Notes: generated from the sequence alone by a model not told the origin. Positions 17,210 to 28,020 are shown, counted from the first letter of the stretch. The stretch: DNA of 32,000 nucleotides from Candidatus Saccharimonadota bacterium (GCA_004563595.2 CP042461.1:990001-1022000); one strand, 5' to 3'. Numbers and translations are program-made.

Positions 17210-17884
17210 ATGATAAAAACAAAAATAAAAAAAGTACTTGCAATTATTGCTATTAGTGCTTTAGCGAGTACTCAAATGGGTAACACATTCGCTGCAACTC
17301 AAATCGGTACTGGTTCAGTAACATGAACGGCATCATTTGATACAAATATTATGTGGGATGACAATTTCCCAGGTACTGCATCTGGTTCTATATCAGGAGT
17401 AGTGGTTACTGCTAATATAGCTCCAACCTTAAATATGACTATTTCTACAGGAGCAATAGATCTAGGAACACTAAGTTCAGTTGCATTTTCAACTGGGAGT
17501 TTAGATATTGAAATAGGTACAAACGCTGTAAACGGTGTTGTAGTTACTGCAAGATCTGGAAGTGGAGGTTTAACAAGCACTTCAAGTGGTTCTGTACAAG
17601 TAAATAATCTCTCTGCTGATGGAGCACAAGATAATTACTTATTTACTTCAAACTTAAATGGAGCAAATACTGATACAAATGGTGGTAGTTTTGTAGCTAC
17701 TGCAGCTCTATCAACTGAAGTAACTGACAATAGTACTGAACATGTCGTATATTCTTCAAACAGACCTGAAGAAAATACAGGGATAGATGATATTGAGTTT
17801 AGTGTTTCTGCACAAGCAAATGCTATGACTCCAGCTGGAAATTATCAAGATACTATTACTTTTACAGTAACAGGAAGTTTCTAA
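17210..17884 (+). CDS. Secreted surface protein, WxL-domain-like (degenerate motifs), 224 aa
   Basis: Signal peptide MIKTKIKKVLAIIAISALASTQMGNTFA. The mature part is Thr/Ser/Gly/Asn-rich and predicted beta-rich. The C-terminus PAGNYQDTITFTVTGSF resembles the terminal Y.G.LTWTL motif of WxL proteins, with F in place of W. There is one TGA(Gly) upstream of track ORF 17351..17884. Confidence 0.5.
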
Positions 17885-17997
17885 TAATTAAAAGCTATAA
17901 AAAAATAAAAGATTCTCATAAGTAATATGGGGTCTTTTTTTTGATTTTTCTGATATTTTACATATAAATGAAGTATTATCCTCCTCATTTTTTTTGT

Positions 17998-19419
17998 ATG
18001 AAATTATTTAGATACCTTACCCTTGCTTCTCTATTTTTGTTTTTACTTGTACAAAATCTATATATTTCTTTTGCAAATATAAATCTGACAGTTTCTCCTA
18101 TTAAGTATGAAATAGACGGTTTTACTGGAACCACTATCACAAAAACAGCGAAACTTATCAATAATACAGATAATAGTCTTACCATTTCTACTTGAAAATC
18201 TGATTTCACGAGCTCTGGATTAAGTGGGAAACCAAATTTTGTAAGGAAGAGTGAGTTAATTTTTCCTGACCAACAACTCTCATCATGGATTAGTATTGAT
18301 ATATCAAACTTTGTACTCTGACCTAAAGAAGAAAAAGAAGTTATTTTTACAATTGATATCCCTGCAAATGCAACCCCTGGATGACACTACTGAGCTGTAT
18401 TTTTCAAACAAGCAAGTACCTGAATAAGTGGTTGAAATAACATCTGAATAAATATTGATTATTGAGTCCTCGTACTCATAAACGTGGATTGAGAGATAGT
18501 AAGTTCATGAGAGATAGAAGATATTACCATTAGTAATAGTTGATGATGAGGTTGATGGTGATGAGGAGAGAGTAATACTCAGATTGATGACTGTCCTTTC
18601 TGAGATCTCTCCAAAAGTAATTATGATAATAAGTGTATAGATGAAATATTTAATGATGACAATAATAAGGCTGAGAATGAAAGTGGACTCAATTGAACAG
18701 GAACAACGAGTGAAGATGAGAACAAAGATGAAGGAAACAAAAATGATGACTTAAATATCAATTTTGAAATACCATTTAAAAATACATGAAATACCCACCT
18801 GAAACCAGAAGGAAAAATAAAACTTTATGATGAAGATTGAAATCAACTTAAATGAATTTGAAAACAAATTATTACAAATGATAACTGAGTTATCATTTGA
18901 GAAGATATCGTGGATTACCTCCCTATTAACGATATTGGATGAAATGTGCTCCCCTCTTCAAAAAGAGTCTTTGAATCTCAGTGGAAATGATTCCCATATA
19001 AAGATGAAAATAATATTGTAAAATACTGGAATCCTTGAGAATACTATACAAGACAAAACATTAAAGATAGTTGATTCCTTATGTTTTGGGAAAGAGTTTT
19101 TCAAAGAAAAAATCGTAAAGAAATTACTGCGAGATTTGACCTTTCATATGAAAATAATACTTGAGAAGATATTGATCTTAATTCAGCACGTGAACTAGAT
19201 AATACTTTTTATATAGACTATACTGAAGACTACGTCTGACTAAATATGTATATTGTAATCCCTGGAGCATTTCTCATTTTTATAATATTTATATGGTTTA
19301 TCATATGAGTCAGAAGAAAAACAAAGTGTAGAAAATGTAGTGAAACAATTGAGAAAAAAATGAAAATTTGTCCTTACTGTTGAACAAAACAATCTCAGAC
19401 AAACAAAAAAAAGAAGTAA
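17998..19419 (+). CDS. DUF916-like cell-surface protein with a C-terminal TM anchor and a cytoplasmic CxxC...CxxC zinc-ribbon tail, about 473 aa
   Basis: Signal peptide MKLFRYLTLASLFLFLLV; an alternative ATG lies at 17968. The beta-sandwich-like N-domain ends LGPKEEKEVIFTIDIPANATPGGHYGAVFF. A glycine run SGGGGGWGGGE is encoded by tga tga tga ggt tga tgg tga tga gga at 18541-18567. The TM segment is YIVIPGAFLIFIIFIWFII, followed by KCRKCSETIEKKMKICPYCG. About 40 TGA codons, no TAA/TAG in frame. Confidence 0.6.
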
Positions 19420-19431
19420 TACTTCTTTTTT
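19404..19431. terminator. Bidirectional terminator between convergent genes
   Basis: A-run, then AAGAAGT-aat-ACTTCTT, then T-run. Confidence 0.65.
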
Positions 19432-19438
19432 GTTTGTC

Positions 19439-20131
19439 TTATTTTGCAGGGTTTGTAATTTTTGAAGGCCATTTATGAAAAATTCTTTCTAAATATCCAA
19501 GGTTTATCATAAATGCTTCGAGAAGCTTATCATATTTAGTTCTCTCTTGTTGAACGTATTTTTTCTGTTCATCTTTTAAAATTTGTTGTTTATTCAGAGC
19601 CAGAATGTTATATGCTACTTGCTTTGATACATACAGCTTTGTTTTTACCAGATCCATACACTTTGTATCTTCAAAAAAGTCCTTCGCATTATGAGTGCTT
19701 GTTTCTCATCATTGATATAATTGAACTTTTTCTATAATAGTAAGGTTACAAATGGTATTAAATTCTCTCCAATATTTTCCATTCACCGCAAATCTACTCT
19801 CAATTTCATTAATTCATCAGATAAAACTATCCTGTTTTTCTGTTCAAAAGTAATAATTTTTACTTTCTTCTAACTCTGTAAGATAAACATCTATCTGATC
19901 ATCTATTTCTTTAAATTCTAGATCAAGTATAATTTGATATAGAATCTTTTCTTTTGATCAATTTATGCATAAAAAGTCTTCTATTTGTCTGGTAGTTCAT
20001 TTTTCATTTGCATCTATACATTGTTGAATCTGAGACTCATATGAACTCTCATTTCAGTATAATGGAGAGGGTATAACAAGAAATCAAATACTCAAAGCCA
20101 GTAAAAATGTAATTCAATATATATATTTCAT
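19439..20131 (-). CDS. Secreted hypothetical protein, 230 aa
   Basis: Signal peptide MKYIYGITFLLALSIGFLVIPSPLYG. In frame with track ORF 19439..19657 through TGA(Gly) codons. No family recognised. Confidence 0.5.
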
Positions 20132-20137
20132 AAATTT

Positions 20138-20374
20138 TTATTTTTTACTAAAAAGAGAGATTGTTTTTACCAGTACTTTTCAAAAAATTGAGTATCATTT
20201 TTGTGCTACTTTTATTCATTCAACTTTTACATTTTTAGTTACTTTTTTTCATTTATCTGTCTTTGATAATCAGATCATAGAAGCGACTGCTCAACCAACT
20301 ATGATACCGGTTACTAATCTATCAATTTTTTTTACAGATGATGATCAAAGAGATTTTTTATTTTTAAAAAACAC
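20138..20374 (-). CDS. YtxH-like small membrane/stress protein (start uncertain, GTG proposed), about 78 aa
   Basis: ...LVTGIIVGGAVASMIGLSKTDKGKKVTKNVKVEGIKVAQKGYSIFGKVLVKTISLFSKK: one TM segment with a G-rich face and a basic tail. It lies between hsp20 and the next gene with 6-nt spacing. No ATG precedes the TM segment. Confidence 0.4.
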
Positions 20375-20414
20375 CGAAAAAGAGGTTATGAATATAAATG
20401 AGTTATAGGGGCTA

Positions 20415-20834
20415 TTAAATAGTCCTGTTTATTTTAATACTTTGGGAAGAGAATTGTAATTTCTTTATTGTAATAATAAGCAAATTATTCTCCATTGTAG
20501 CTTCAATACTATCAAAATCAAGATTTTCAGGAAGGATAATATTTCTTATAAATGCCCCCCAATAACATTCAGAGTTTCTTACTATTACATCAGACTCAAA
20601 TATATCTGGTCTTTTCCTTGCTCCTTTGATAATTAAAACTGATTTTGAAAATGAAAGATCAATATCGTGCAAATCAACTCCGGCAATTGGAGATAAAATA
20701 ACTATCTCATAATCTGTTTCTAATACATCTAATGCTAATTGTCATATATCTTCAGAAACAAGTTCCTTTGTATCTATTTCTTCATCTAATTCAAGCATAT
20801 TATCATCTTCTCAAACTCAAAAAAATTTTATCAT
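20415..20834 (-). CDS. Hsp20/alpha-crystallin family small heat-shock protein, 139 aa
   Basis: Track ORF 20415..20672 carries the ACD core (...IKGARK...ECYWGAFIRNIILPENLDFDSIEATMENNLLIITIKK). It extends upstream through TGA(Gly) codons to ATG 20832-20834 (..LALDVLETDYEIVILSPIAGV). Confidence 0.8.
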
Positions 20835-20980
20835 AATACAGTATGTACTTAAAAATCAAATATTTCAACTCTTCTGCTGAAAAACTCTATAAAATGTTCC
20901 ACTAAAGTATAGCTTTTTTTGAAAAAAAACAAGAAGAATGCTACAATAACTGTAATCTAATAATTTTTATTCATAAAGAG

Positions 20981-22114
20981 ATGGATTTTTGAAAGAATAT
21001 ACTCCTGAAAATAAAATCTTTTTGATTGAAACAGGCCAGTATAGCAAAATTCTCAGTAAAAATAAGCTTAAAAGATAAAATAAATCTTTTGGAGCAGTTA
21101 TCAAGTCTCATAAATTCTTGAATCCCTATATTAAATAGTTTTAAGATTATGATATACCAAACAAGGGATAAAAAAATCAAAAGACTTATTTCACAAATAA
21201 TATCAACCCTCAATAAAGGAGAAAGCCTCAAAGATGCTTTTTTAAAACATCCAAATATATTCTCTACTTTTGATATATCAATCATTGAAATGTGAGAAGT
21301 AACATGAAAGCTCTGAGATGCCATTGAAACTATCAAAATTAAAGAAGAAAAAAGCAAAGAATTAAAATGAAAAATCATATGAGCTCTTGTCTACCCTATG
21401 GTAATCATATCTCTCTCAATTTTAATGATATGAGTTTTTATGATTTTTGTGATACCAAAAATACAAAAAATGTATACAGATGCAAAAGTAAATCTTCCTG
21501 ACCTGACTCAATGAGTTATCAATGCTTCAATTTTTTTACAAGAAAATATAAAGGAAATTTGTACCTGAATTATTATTTTCATTATACTTCTTTCTATTTT
21601 TAAAAATCATCCCAGAACAAAAATATATTTCGACAGGTTTATTTTAAAAATTCCCCTTTTTGGATGACTGATCAAGAAAAAAATACTTGCTCTTTTCTGC
21701 TCTAGTCTCTGAACTCTTCTGCAAAATGGAATCATTATTAATAGCTCATTGCAGATAAGCTCCAAAGCTTTAGAAAATGATTATTATGAGAAAGAATTAA
21801 AAAAACTCATTTCTTGAGTTTCAAAATGAATCGAACTGAGCACTCTTATGTGAATAGAGGAAATTAGCAAATGAAAAGAAAACTCATATTTCCCTGTAGA
21901 GCTAGCATCCATAGTCAAAATATGAGAACAAACTTGAAAACTAGCCCCTCTTCTCTTAAAAATATCTCAAAAGTATAATAAAGAGATAGATAATCTCGTG
22001 AAAAATATATGAACAGCCATTGAACCAATTGTTATAGTTGTTGTCTGATGAATCATATGAACCCTTATCATGGCAATTATGCTTCCATTTTTCAATATGG
22101 TAAATGTAATATAA
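20981..22114 (+). CDS. pilC: Type IV pilus assembly / type II secretion platform protein (PilC/GspF family), 377 aa
   Basis: Two GspF-type repeats: LSSLINSGIPILNSFKIM...IIEMGEVTGKLGDAIETI and LGTLLQNGIIINSSLQIS...VKIGEQTGKLAPLLLKIS. The end is AIEPIVIVVVGGIIGTLIMAIMLPFFNM. It is antisense to the spurious track ORF 20971..21378. Confidence 0.85.
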
Positions 22115-22118
22115 AAAA

Positions 22119-22148
22119 AATACCTAGAATTATCTTGGTATTTTTTTT
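22119..22148. terminator. Terminator after pilC (overlaps the stop of the convergent lipoprotein ORF)
   Basis: A8-ATACC...GGTAT-T8; the inner stem is imperfect. Confidence 0.5.
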
Positions 22149-22348
22149 AGTGTATCATCTAAATCTTGATTATTCTTATTGATAAGGTCCGTAACTGCTT
22201 TTGTATCCTGCACACTCCCTTCAAGAGTATCCACATAATCATTTATAATCCTTCAAGACTCTTCAACAACTCATTCTCATTTATTATTTTGTGTTGTACA
22301 TGATGAGAGTAATATTATAAGAAGGGTTCAAAATATAATTTTATTCAT
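22130..22348 (-). CDS. Small lipoprotein candidate, 72 aa
   Basis: MNKIIFGTLLIILLSSCTTQNNKGEG... carries a lipobox-like LLSSC. Confidence 0.5.
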
Positions 22349-22399
22349 AACATATGATGAAATAATAAATTTAAATAGCTCTCTCTTGAATCGTTACAA

Positions 22400-23329
22400 T
22401 TATTCTACGATATCTCAGATCATTTTTTTCATGTCATCTTTCAAATTTGCTCTAAATACTCTCTTTTCTCAATATAATTCAAATCCAAGCTCATATGCAT
22501 GTAATGCTTGTCTCTTAATTTGATGCATAGTTGCTACTTCTTTGTTTACTCTCACATTTCAATATGTTGAATCTCAAAGAATAGGGTATCAAATTGATGC
22601 AAGGTGGACTCTAATTTGGTGAGTTCTTCCTGTTTCTAACTTTATCCTTAAAACTGAATATTTATTATCTACGTAGTCAAGTACCTCTCAATAAGTAATT
22701 GCTTCTTTTGCAGCTATTGGATTTAAAGTTGTCATCTTTGTCCTATCATCTTTGTGTCTTCCAATAAAACTTTCTATTTTAAAGTTCCTATCTTTGATCT
22801 TCCCATGAACAATAGCTATATAATACTTATCTATTTGTCTGTTTTTAATAATACCTGATAAATAATTCATCATCTTATCTGTCTTTGCAATCATAATCGC
22901 TCAAGTAGTATCTTTATCAAGCCTATGAACAATTCAAGGTCTTTCTACTCATCCAATACTTGGAAGGTTATCTTTACAATGATATAAAAGACCGTTCACA
23001 AGAGTTCATGTTTTTCAATTTTCTCCTGGGACTGGATGCACATTAACTCTCGGGTTTTTATTGAGAATAATTATTTCTTTATCTTCAAAGACTATATCAA
23101 GATCCATTTTTTCTGGTTCAACTTCTAATTTTTCCAGTTGAATTTCAATTTTAATTTCATCATGATTTGATATTTTTATATTTTTATTAACTTTTACTCA
23201 GTTAACAGAAACCTGTCCTCTATCAACTAACTTTTGAACATAAGACCTTGAGAAGTCCTTAAAAAGAGTAGATAAAAATATATCTACTCGTATCTGCTTT
23301 TCCACTAATACACAAAAATTATAAATCAT
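22400..23329 (-). CDS. rluD: RluA/RluD family 23S rRNA pseudouridine synthase, 309 aa
   Basis: S4-like N-terminus (RVDIFLSTLF...). The catalytic motif HRLDKDTTGAIMIAK has its Gly encoded by TGA at 22901-22903. Also present: GRTHQIRVHLASIGYPILGD. In frame with track ORF 22688..22894. Confidence 0.88.
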
Positions 23330-23353
23330 TATTTTTTTATTTATTTAAATTGA

Positions 23354-23755
23354 TTAGAGTCCTAATCACGCTTTTATATCATCAATCTTTGATTGGTCTT
23401 CCCCTTGTTTTTCTTTGTTTTCTTTTTCATTTTTATACATATCTCATAAATGAATCCATTCAGTTTGTTGTTTATGTAACAGTTTCTTTATATCTTCTGG
23501 ATGTTCTTTTGCTAATTCCCTAAATTTTCCTCTTTCCTCAACAAATACTTTTTTTAACTCATCAAATTGAAACTGTGAAAGAGTTGGAGCAGCATCAACT
23601 ACTCTCTTTTTTTCTAAAGTATTCAAAGAGAGACTGTGTTTTAAAAGATCTGAGAATTCTTCAACATCTATTACAATATCTTTTGAATGAAGATGTAATA
23701 GTTCTGATACTACTTTATCAACTTCTTGTTCAGTAATAGTTATAGCTTCTGACAT
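23354..23755 (-). CDS. Hypothetical acidic/basic helical protein, 133 aa
   Basis: Track ORF 23444..23815 begins at a TTG; I prefer ATG 23753-23755 (MSEAITITEQEVDKV...). The frame continues through TGA at 23444-23446 to TAA 23354-23356. Confidence 0.5.
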
Positions 23756-23839
23756 AAAAAATTTTGGAAAAACAATAAACTTGCTTACATTATAAGTATA
23801 ATTTTTATTTTTCAATTTTAATTTCTAAACTTGTTGCAA

Positions 23840-24391
23840 TTGTTAATTTTTAAAACAAAGTGAATCATACTAAAAATTCATAAAGTAGATGAAAAAGACT
23901 ATTTATATACTATATTCACTTTTGATTATTGAAAAATTCTCTGCCAAAAAAAAATAAATAAAAAAGAGAAAACTCTTGACCTATGATATGTTATCAACTT
24001 TGAAATTGAAACAAAAGAAACCAGAAAAGTACATAAAATAAGAAATATAAAAATATCCTCCGAGTTTCAAACTGAAAATAAAAATTTCACACTCATACAT
24101 CAATACCTAGAACTCCTGTGAATAGTGTTAAGAAATACTCCTGATGGTGTTCCTGTCTCACATGTTTTAGAAATACTTGAGTATATTCATTCTGATCATA
24201 GACTTAGTGAAGAAAGAATACTTTTAGCAAAACTTAAATGCTACAATACTTTCTGAATTTTAAAAATTGAGCATAAAAATCAAACTATTCAAAAAATATT
24301 AAAATTTATAGATAAAAATAATATAACTGAAATATTAAAATTAACAGGAATAAACACTGAATTAAAAAAAGAATTAGAGCAATTGCTCTAA
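23840..24391 (+). CDS. recO: RecO-like DNA repair protein, short form, TTG start, about 183 aa
   Basis: A 570-nt open frame (23822-24391) has no in-frame ATG; TTG candidates lie at 23831, 23834 and 23840. The sequence (M)LIFKTKGIILKIHKVDEKDYLYTIFTFDYGKILCQKK...LDLGYVINFEIETKE... matches the RecO OB-fold N-terminus pattern (.G.VL......E.D.....FT...GK). I saw no CxxC zinc motif. Confidence 0.5.
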
Positions 24392-24400
24392 TTCTTTTTT
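24364..24400. terminator. Bidirectional terminator between recO and the pilin gene
   Basis: Perfect 12-bp stem AGAATTAGAGCA-at-TGCTCTAATTCT with flanking A-runs and T-runs. Confidence 0.75.
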
Positions 24401-24408
24401 GAGATATA

Positions 24409-26712
24409 TTAATAATGTTTCCCTATCAACCACTCACTCGTTGATGATGAATTTGATCATCATGGGAATGAGCTGAGATTAGAATAATTATACCCAACAG
24501 GAATATAGTTTGCACCATCAAATATTATATCAAAATAACGCTCTTGATTTGTTCATCAATAATTCTTCATGATTACTAAATCAAGATTATTATCAAATTT
24601 TGCAACCATGCCATCATATGATCAGGCATTTGTAGATCATCATGCATACGAACTTAAATTTGACTCAGTGTATCATGCAATTACGTAATCATTTCCATCA
24701 TAGACTACACTCTCAAAAGAATCTAACCCTGTTCATCAATAATTTTTCGATTGTAAGAGAGCAAAATTACTATTAAATTTCATAATTATTCAATCAGCTT
24801 GTCCGTTATAAGCCGGTATATCACTATTTCATACTACAACATAACTTGTACCGTTATATACTATCCCATTTAACCTTTGCGTTTCATTATATACAGCAGC
24901 TGAATAACTATCAGTGTAAACTAAATCATCCTCTCATAAAATCACAATATCAAAGCCAGTATTAACAAGGCCACTTATCCATATTCACTTCTCTCATACT
25001 GCTATATATCTACTTCCATCATAAATAATATCATTCAATTTTGCAGTATAACTTCCCCCCTCATTTTTTACATGTGTTTTTACAAGATTATTATCAAACC
25101 TGATAACCAGATTATCAGTTGTACTTGTAAGGGTACTTCATCATATACTTGTCAGATTCGATGTCGTTTTTCATACAGCTACATAATTTATCCCATCCGT
25201 TGCAACGCTATACAAATAATCTCCTCATCATCATCAAATATTATTTAATGTTATAATATTTAAATTTGAATCAATTTTTGCAATAACTGCCTCATATCAT
25301 CATGAAGTAGCTGTTCATCAAATAGCACTTAAATTTGAACTACTTTGTCATACTACAACGTAATTTGTTCCATCATATATAACTGAATTAAGTATATCTA
25401 CTCATGTTCATCAAAAACTTTTTAATGTAATCAGGTTTAAATTAGTATCAAACTTTGCAACAAGGAAATCATATGATCAAAGATTTGTTTCCCCTCATGG
25501 AAACGCACTCAAATTAGAATCACTATATCAAACTGCTAGGTAATTTGTTCCATCAAAAACAATTGATGTAAAGAAATTTAAGCCTGATCATCAGGAATTA
25601 TTAATTTTAGATAATAATAAATTTTGCCTATGTTCAGCCGTACACGATTGCGTTCCTCATCCTCATGATCATTTACAATCCCAAGTATAGGTGGATCATT
25701 CTCCATTATCTATAAAACTTGTTATTGCTCATGTTGTACATTGATTTGGTGGTATTGATGATGTAGGGAGTCCATTACTAGTCCCACATACTCATTCTAT
25801 TACGGGTGTATTATTTACTAGTTTTATTCATACAGTATCTTCGACCAATGGTCATACAAGTGCATATACTTCTCATGTCTCATCAGAATCAACTGAAAGA
25901 ATTGATGCATATATTCAGTCTTTTGCAAGAGTCGTTCCACTATATGCAGTTTGAAGGTTTTCAATAAAGATTGCTTGAGCTGCTGAGTCATTTAAATCAG
26001 TCACAGATCAACTAAATACCACTATATTTTCTGTTTGTATATCATTAAATACAAATCAACCCTCTCTGGTATAGTCTCACTTATATGAAGCTGGAATATT
26101 AGGAGTATTTGTATAAGCAAGTCTATTATTTGATATAATATCAAGTATATTTAAGCTTGATAAATCTGTTGAGATAATAGTTGGGACTGCAAGTAAATAG
26201 GTAGTTCACACAACCGTTACTTGTGCAAGTGCTCCATTATAAGGACCTGTAATATATGCTACAACATTTTCTAGAGCTGCATTTGCTGTATGTATTACAT
26301 TCGTTTGCCCTATGAGGTTATTTTCTAGTATAGCTCATACCTCAAATTCTTTCTTGGTATTGAGTCTTGAATATGAGTATTCTGAGCCTGTGAGTGGATC
26401 AACTGGAAGCTTGTTTATCTTTGATAGATTTGTAATCACTGAATCTCATACTGTTCCCTGATTCCGGACGGTCCCTCAACTAAATGTAACATCTTGTGAA
26501 CTTGATGGTTCTGGGTACTTCCCTGTTTTGAGGACAAACAGCTCTAAAGCCATTTTAATATTATTTATATCATTAATTCTTACTGAATCTCTCGCTGATT
26601 TACTGTATCATTGAAATGAGAGAAAAGCTATCGTTCCAAGAATTGCTAAAATAGTAATGGTTACTATCAATTCGACAAGTGTAAATCCATTTTTGTTTTG
26701 TATGTTCAGCAT
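24409..26712 (-). CDS. Type IV pilin-like protein fused to a Cys-rich module and a seven-blade SBBP-like beta-propeller, 767 aa
   Basis: Prepilin N-terminus: MLNIQNKN-GFTLVELIVTITILAILGTIAFLSFQGY. Mid-protein module: VCGTSNGLPTSSIPPNQCTTGAITSFIDNGEGSTYTWDCKGSGGGGTQSCTA. Seven repeats of roughly 60 aa of the form GGTG.D...SV.YDG.NYV.VGY..SNLS...GG....GSYD..VAKFD.NL.L follow. A tga x4 + gga run sits at 25222-25236. ATG 26710-26712, TAA 24409-24411, 2304 nt. Confidence 0.75.
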
Positions 26713-26773
26713 AGAAGGAGGAGTTAGAGATACATAAATTGTATAATAATATATAGAAACTTGAGCAAATCAC

Positions 26774-26810
26774 AAAAAAAAACACTTTACATAAATGTAA
26801 TGTGCTTTTT
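26774..26810 (-). terminator. Terminator after the dnaJ-like gene
   Basis: CACTTTACAT-aa-ATGTAATGTG (one mismatch) followed by U9 on the minus strand. Confidence 0.6.
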
Positions 26811-26822
26811 AATAGTTATATT

Positions 26823-27497
26823 TTAATATCCTATATTTTCTCTAATTCGTTCTAACATACTCATATCAACTTCTGAAATATTTTTTGGCATCTTTGCATC
26901 TATTTTAATAATCAGATTTCATTTCTTTGTCCCTTCTGATTTTCAAAGACCTTTTACTCTAAACTTCGATCCAGGTTTTGTTCATGCTGGAATTTTTAAT
27001 TTCACCTTTGTCCCATACACTCCACTTACCTCTATTTTACAGCCAAGAATAAGATCAAAGATTGGTACTTGATAGGTTTTTTCAAAATCAAGACTCACTG
27101 GTTCTTCCTTTTTTTGAGCTCTTCTTGATCCTCAAAATCAAGTATTTCATCAAAATCCTCAGAATAAATCCTCCATGTTGATTCCTCAACTTCATCATGC
27201 TGATGCTCATCAAAACATATCTTCAAAACCTCAAAAGCCCCCAGATTGAGTTCATCACGCTCATCATCCAAATGAATTTCATGAGGCTGATCAAAAGGTA
27301 TCGTATTGCTGTTTTTTTTGTGAATCTGATAAAACAGTATATGCTTCATTTACCTCTTTAAATTTCTTTTCAGCTGTTGTATCATCTTTATTTCTATCAG
27401 GATGATATTTCATCGCTCATTTTCTATATGCTTTTTTTATCTCTTCTGATGATGCTGATTTGTCTACTCATAAGATATCATAAAAATTATTTGACAT
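26823..27497 (-). CDS. DnaJ/CbpA-like co-chaperone (J domain, G/F region, one C-terminal substrate domain, no zinc finger), 224 aa
   Basis: [36 protein letters not shown] (HPD motif). The G/F stretch is FGSASGNSFGGGAGGTQSGGFGGFEDMFGGASAGGSGG...FGGFGGNTGFGG, with most Gly encoded by TGA. The C-terminus is [24 protein letters not shown]. Track ORF 27095..27349 is an out-of-frame artefact inside this gene. Confidence 0.8.
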
Positions 27498-27550
27498 TTA
27501 GTTTTTATTTAGTATAAAATATATGTAATTTATTTTTTCACAAAAAAAAT

Positions 27551-27994
27551 ATGAAAAAAATACTTGTATGCATAATAGCTATTTTTTCTCTTTTTTCAAT
27601 ACCAAATATCTCTTTCGCATCTGAATGATTGGTAGAGCAGCTTCTAGATATTAATATCTGAGTTGAAAAATATGATCTTGACTTAGCAACTATAGATACT
27701 CTGTATTTCAGAGACTATCAAACTCAAAAAACATATGATACATTTAAAAAAATAAATAATTTACTCAAAAAAGAAATTATCAGTAAATATAGAACCTGAA
27801 ACTTTGACTATTATCAGACAAAAGGAATCGTAACAAATCATAAAAACTTTGTATATTATGTAAATGAATTTTTCTATTATACCAGTATAAAAGAAACGAG
27901 ACCATATTATAAAGAAGTTGATGATGCTATATTCAAAAGTTATGAGAAAATTAGAAGTAATTATAGAAGGGTAAAAGTATGAGTAAGTAAATAA
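27551..27994 (+). CDS. Secreted hypothetical protein, 147 aa
   Basis: Signal peptide MKKILVCIIAIFSLFSIPNISFA. The mature part is Tyr/Lys-rich, with four TGA(Gly) codons. A terminator follows. Confidence 0.5.
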
Positions 27995-28020
27995 AAAAGA
28001 TGCTTAAAGGCATCTTTTTT
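27995..28020. terminator. Bidirectional terminator between convergent genes
   Basis: AAGATGC-ttaaag-GCATCTT-T5. Confidence 0.7.

Noticed and set aside
17299-18209. Minus-strand track ORFs 17299..17580 and 17985..18209, and the plus-strand ORF 18827..19021
   Set aside because: The first two are antisense to the surface-protein genes. The third is out of frame inside the DUF916-like CDS.
20971-21378. Track ORF (135 aa, minus strand)
   Set aside because: It is antisense to pilC, whose GspF repeats are unambiguous on the plus strand.
24420-25650. About 180-nt DNA periodicity as a non-coding satellite or repeat array
   Set aside because: The periodicity is explained by the seven beta-propeller blades of the pilin-fusion CDS. 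The frame is open throughout.
26713-26730. AAGGAGGA on the plus strand as a Shine-Dalgarno sequence
   Set aside because: No start codon follows at a suitable distance on the plus strand. On the pilin's coding strand it reads CTCCTCC, so it is not an SD for either gene.
26600-26785. Track ORF (61 aa) at the pilin 5' end
   Set aside because: It is in a different frame from the canonical prepilin N-terminus (GFTLVELIV), which starts at 26712, and its sequence is implausible.
27095-27349. Track ORF (84 aa, acidic) as a gene
   Set aside because: It is out of frame with, and entirely inside, the DnaJ-like CDS. It arises only because the true frame is full of TGA codons.
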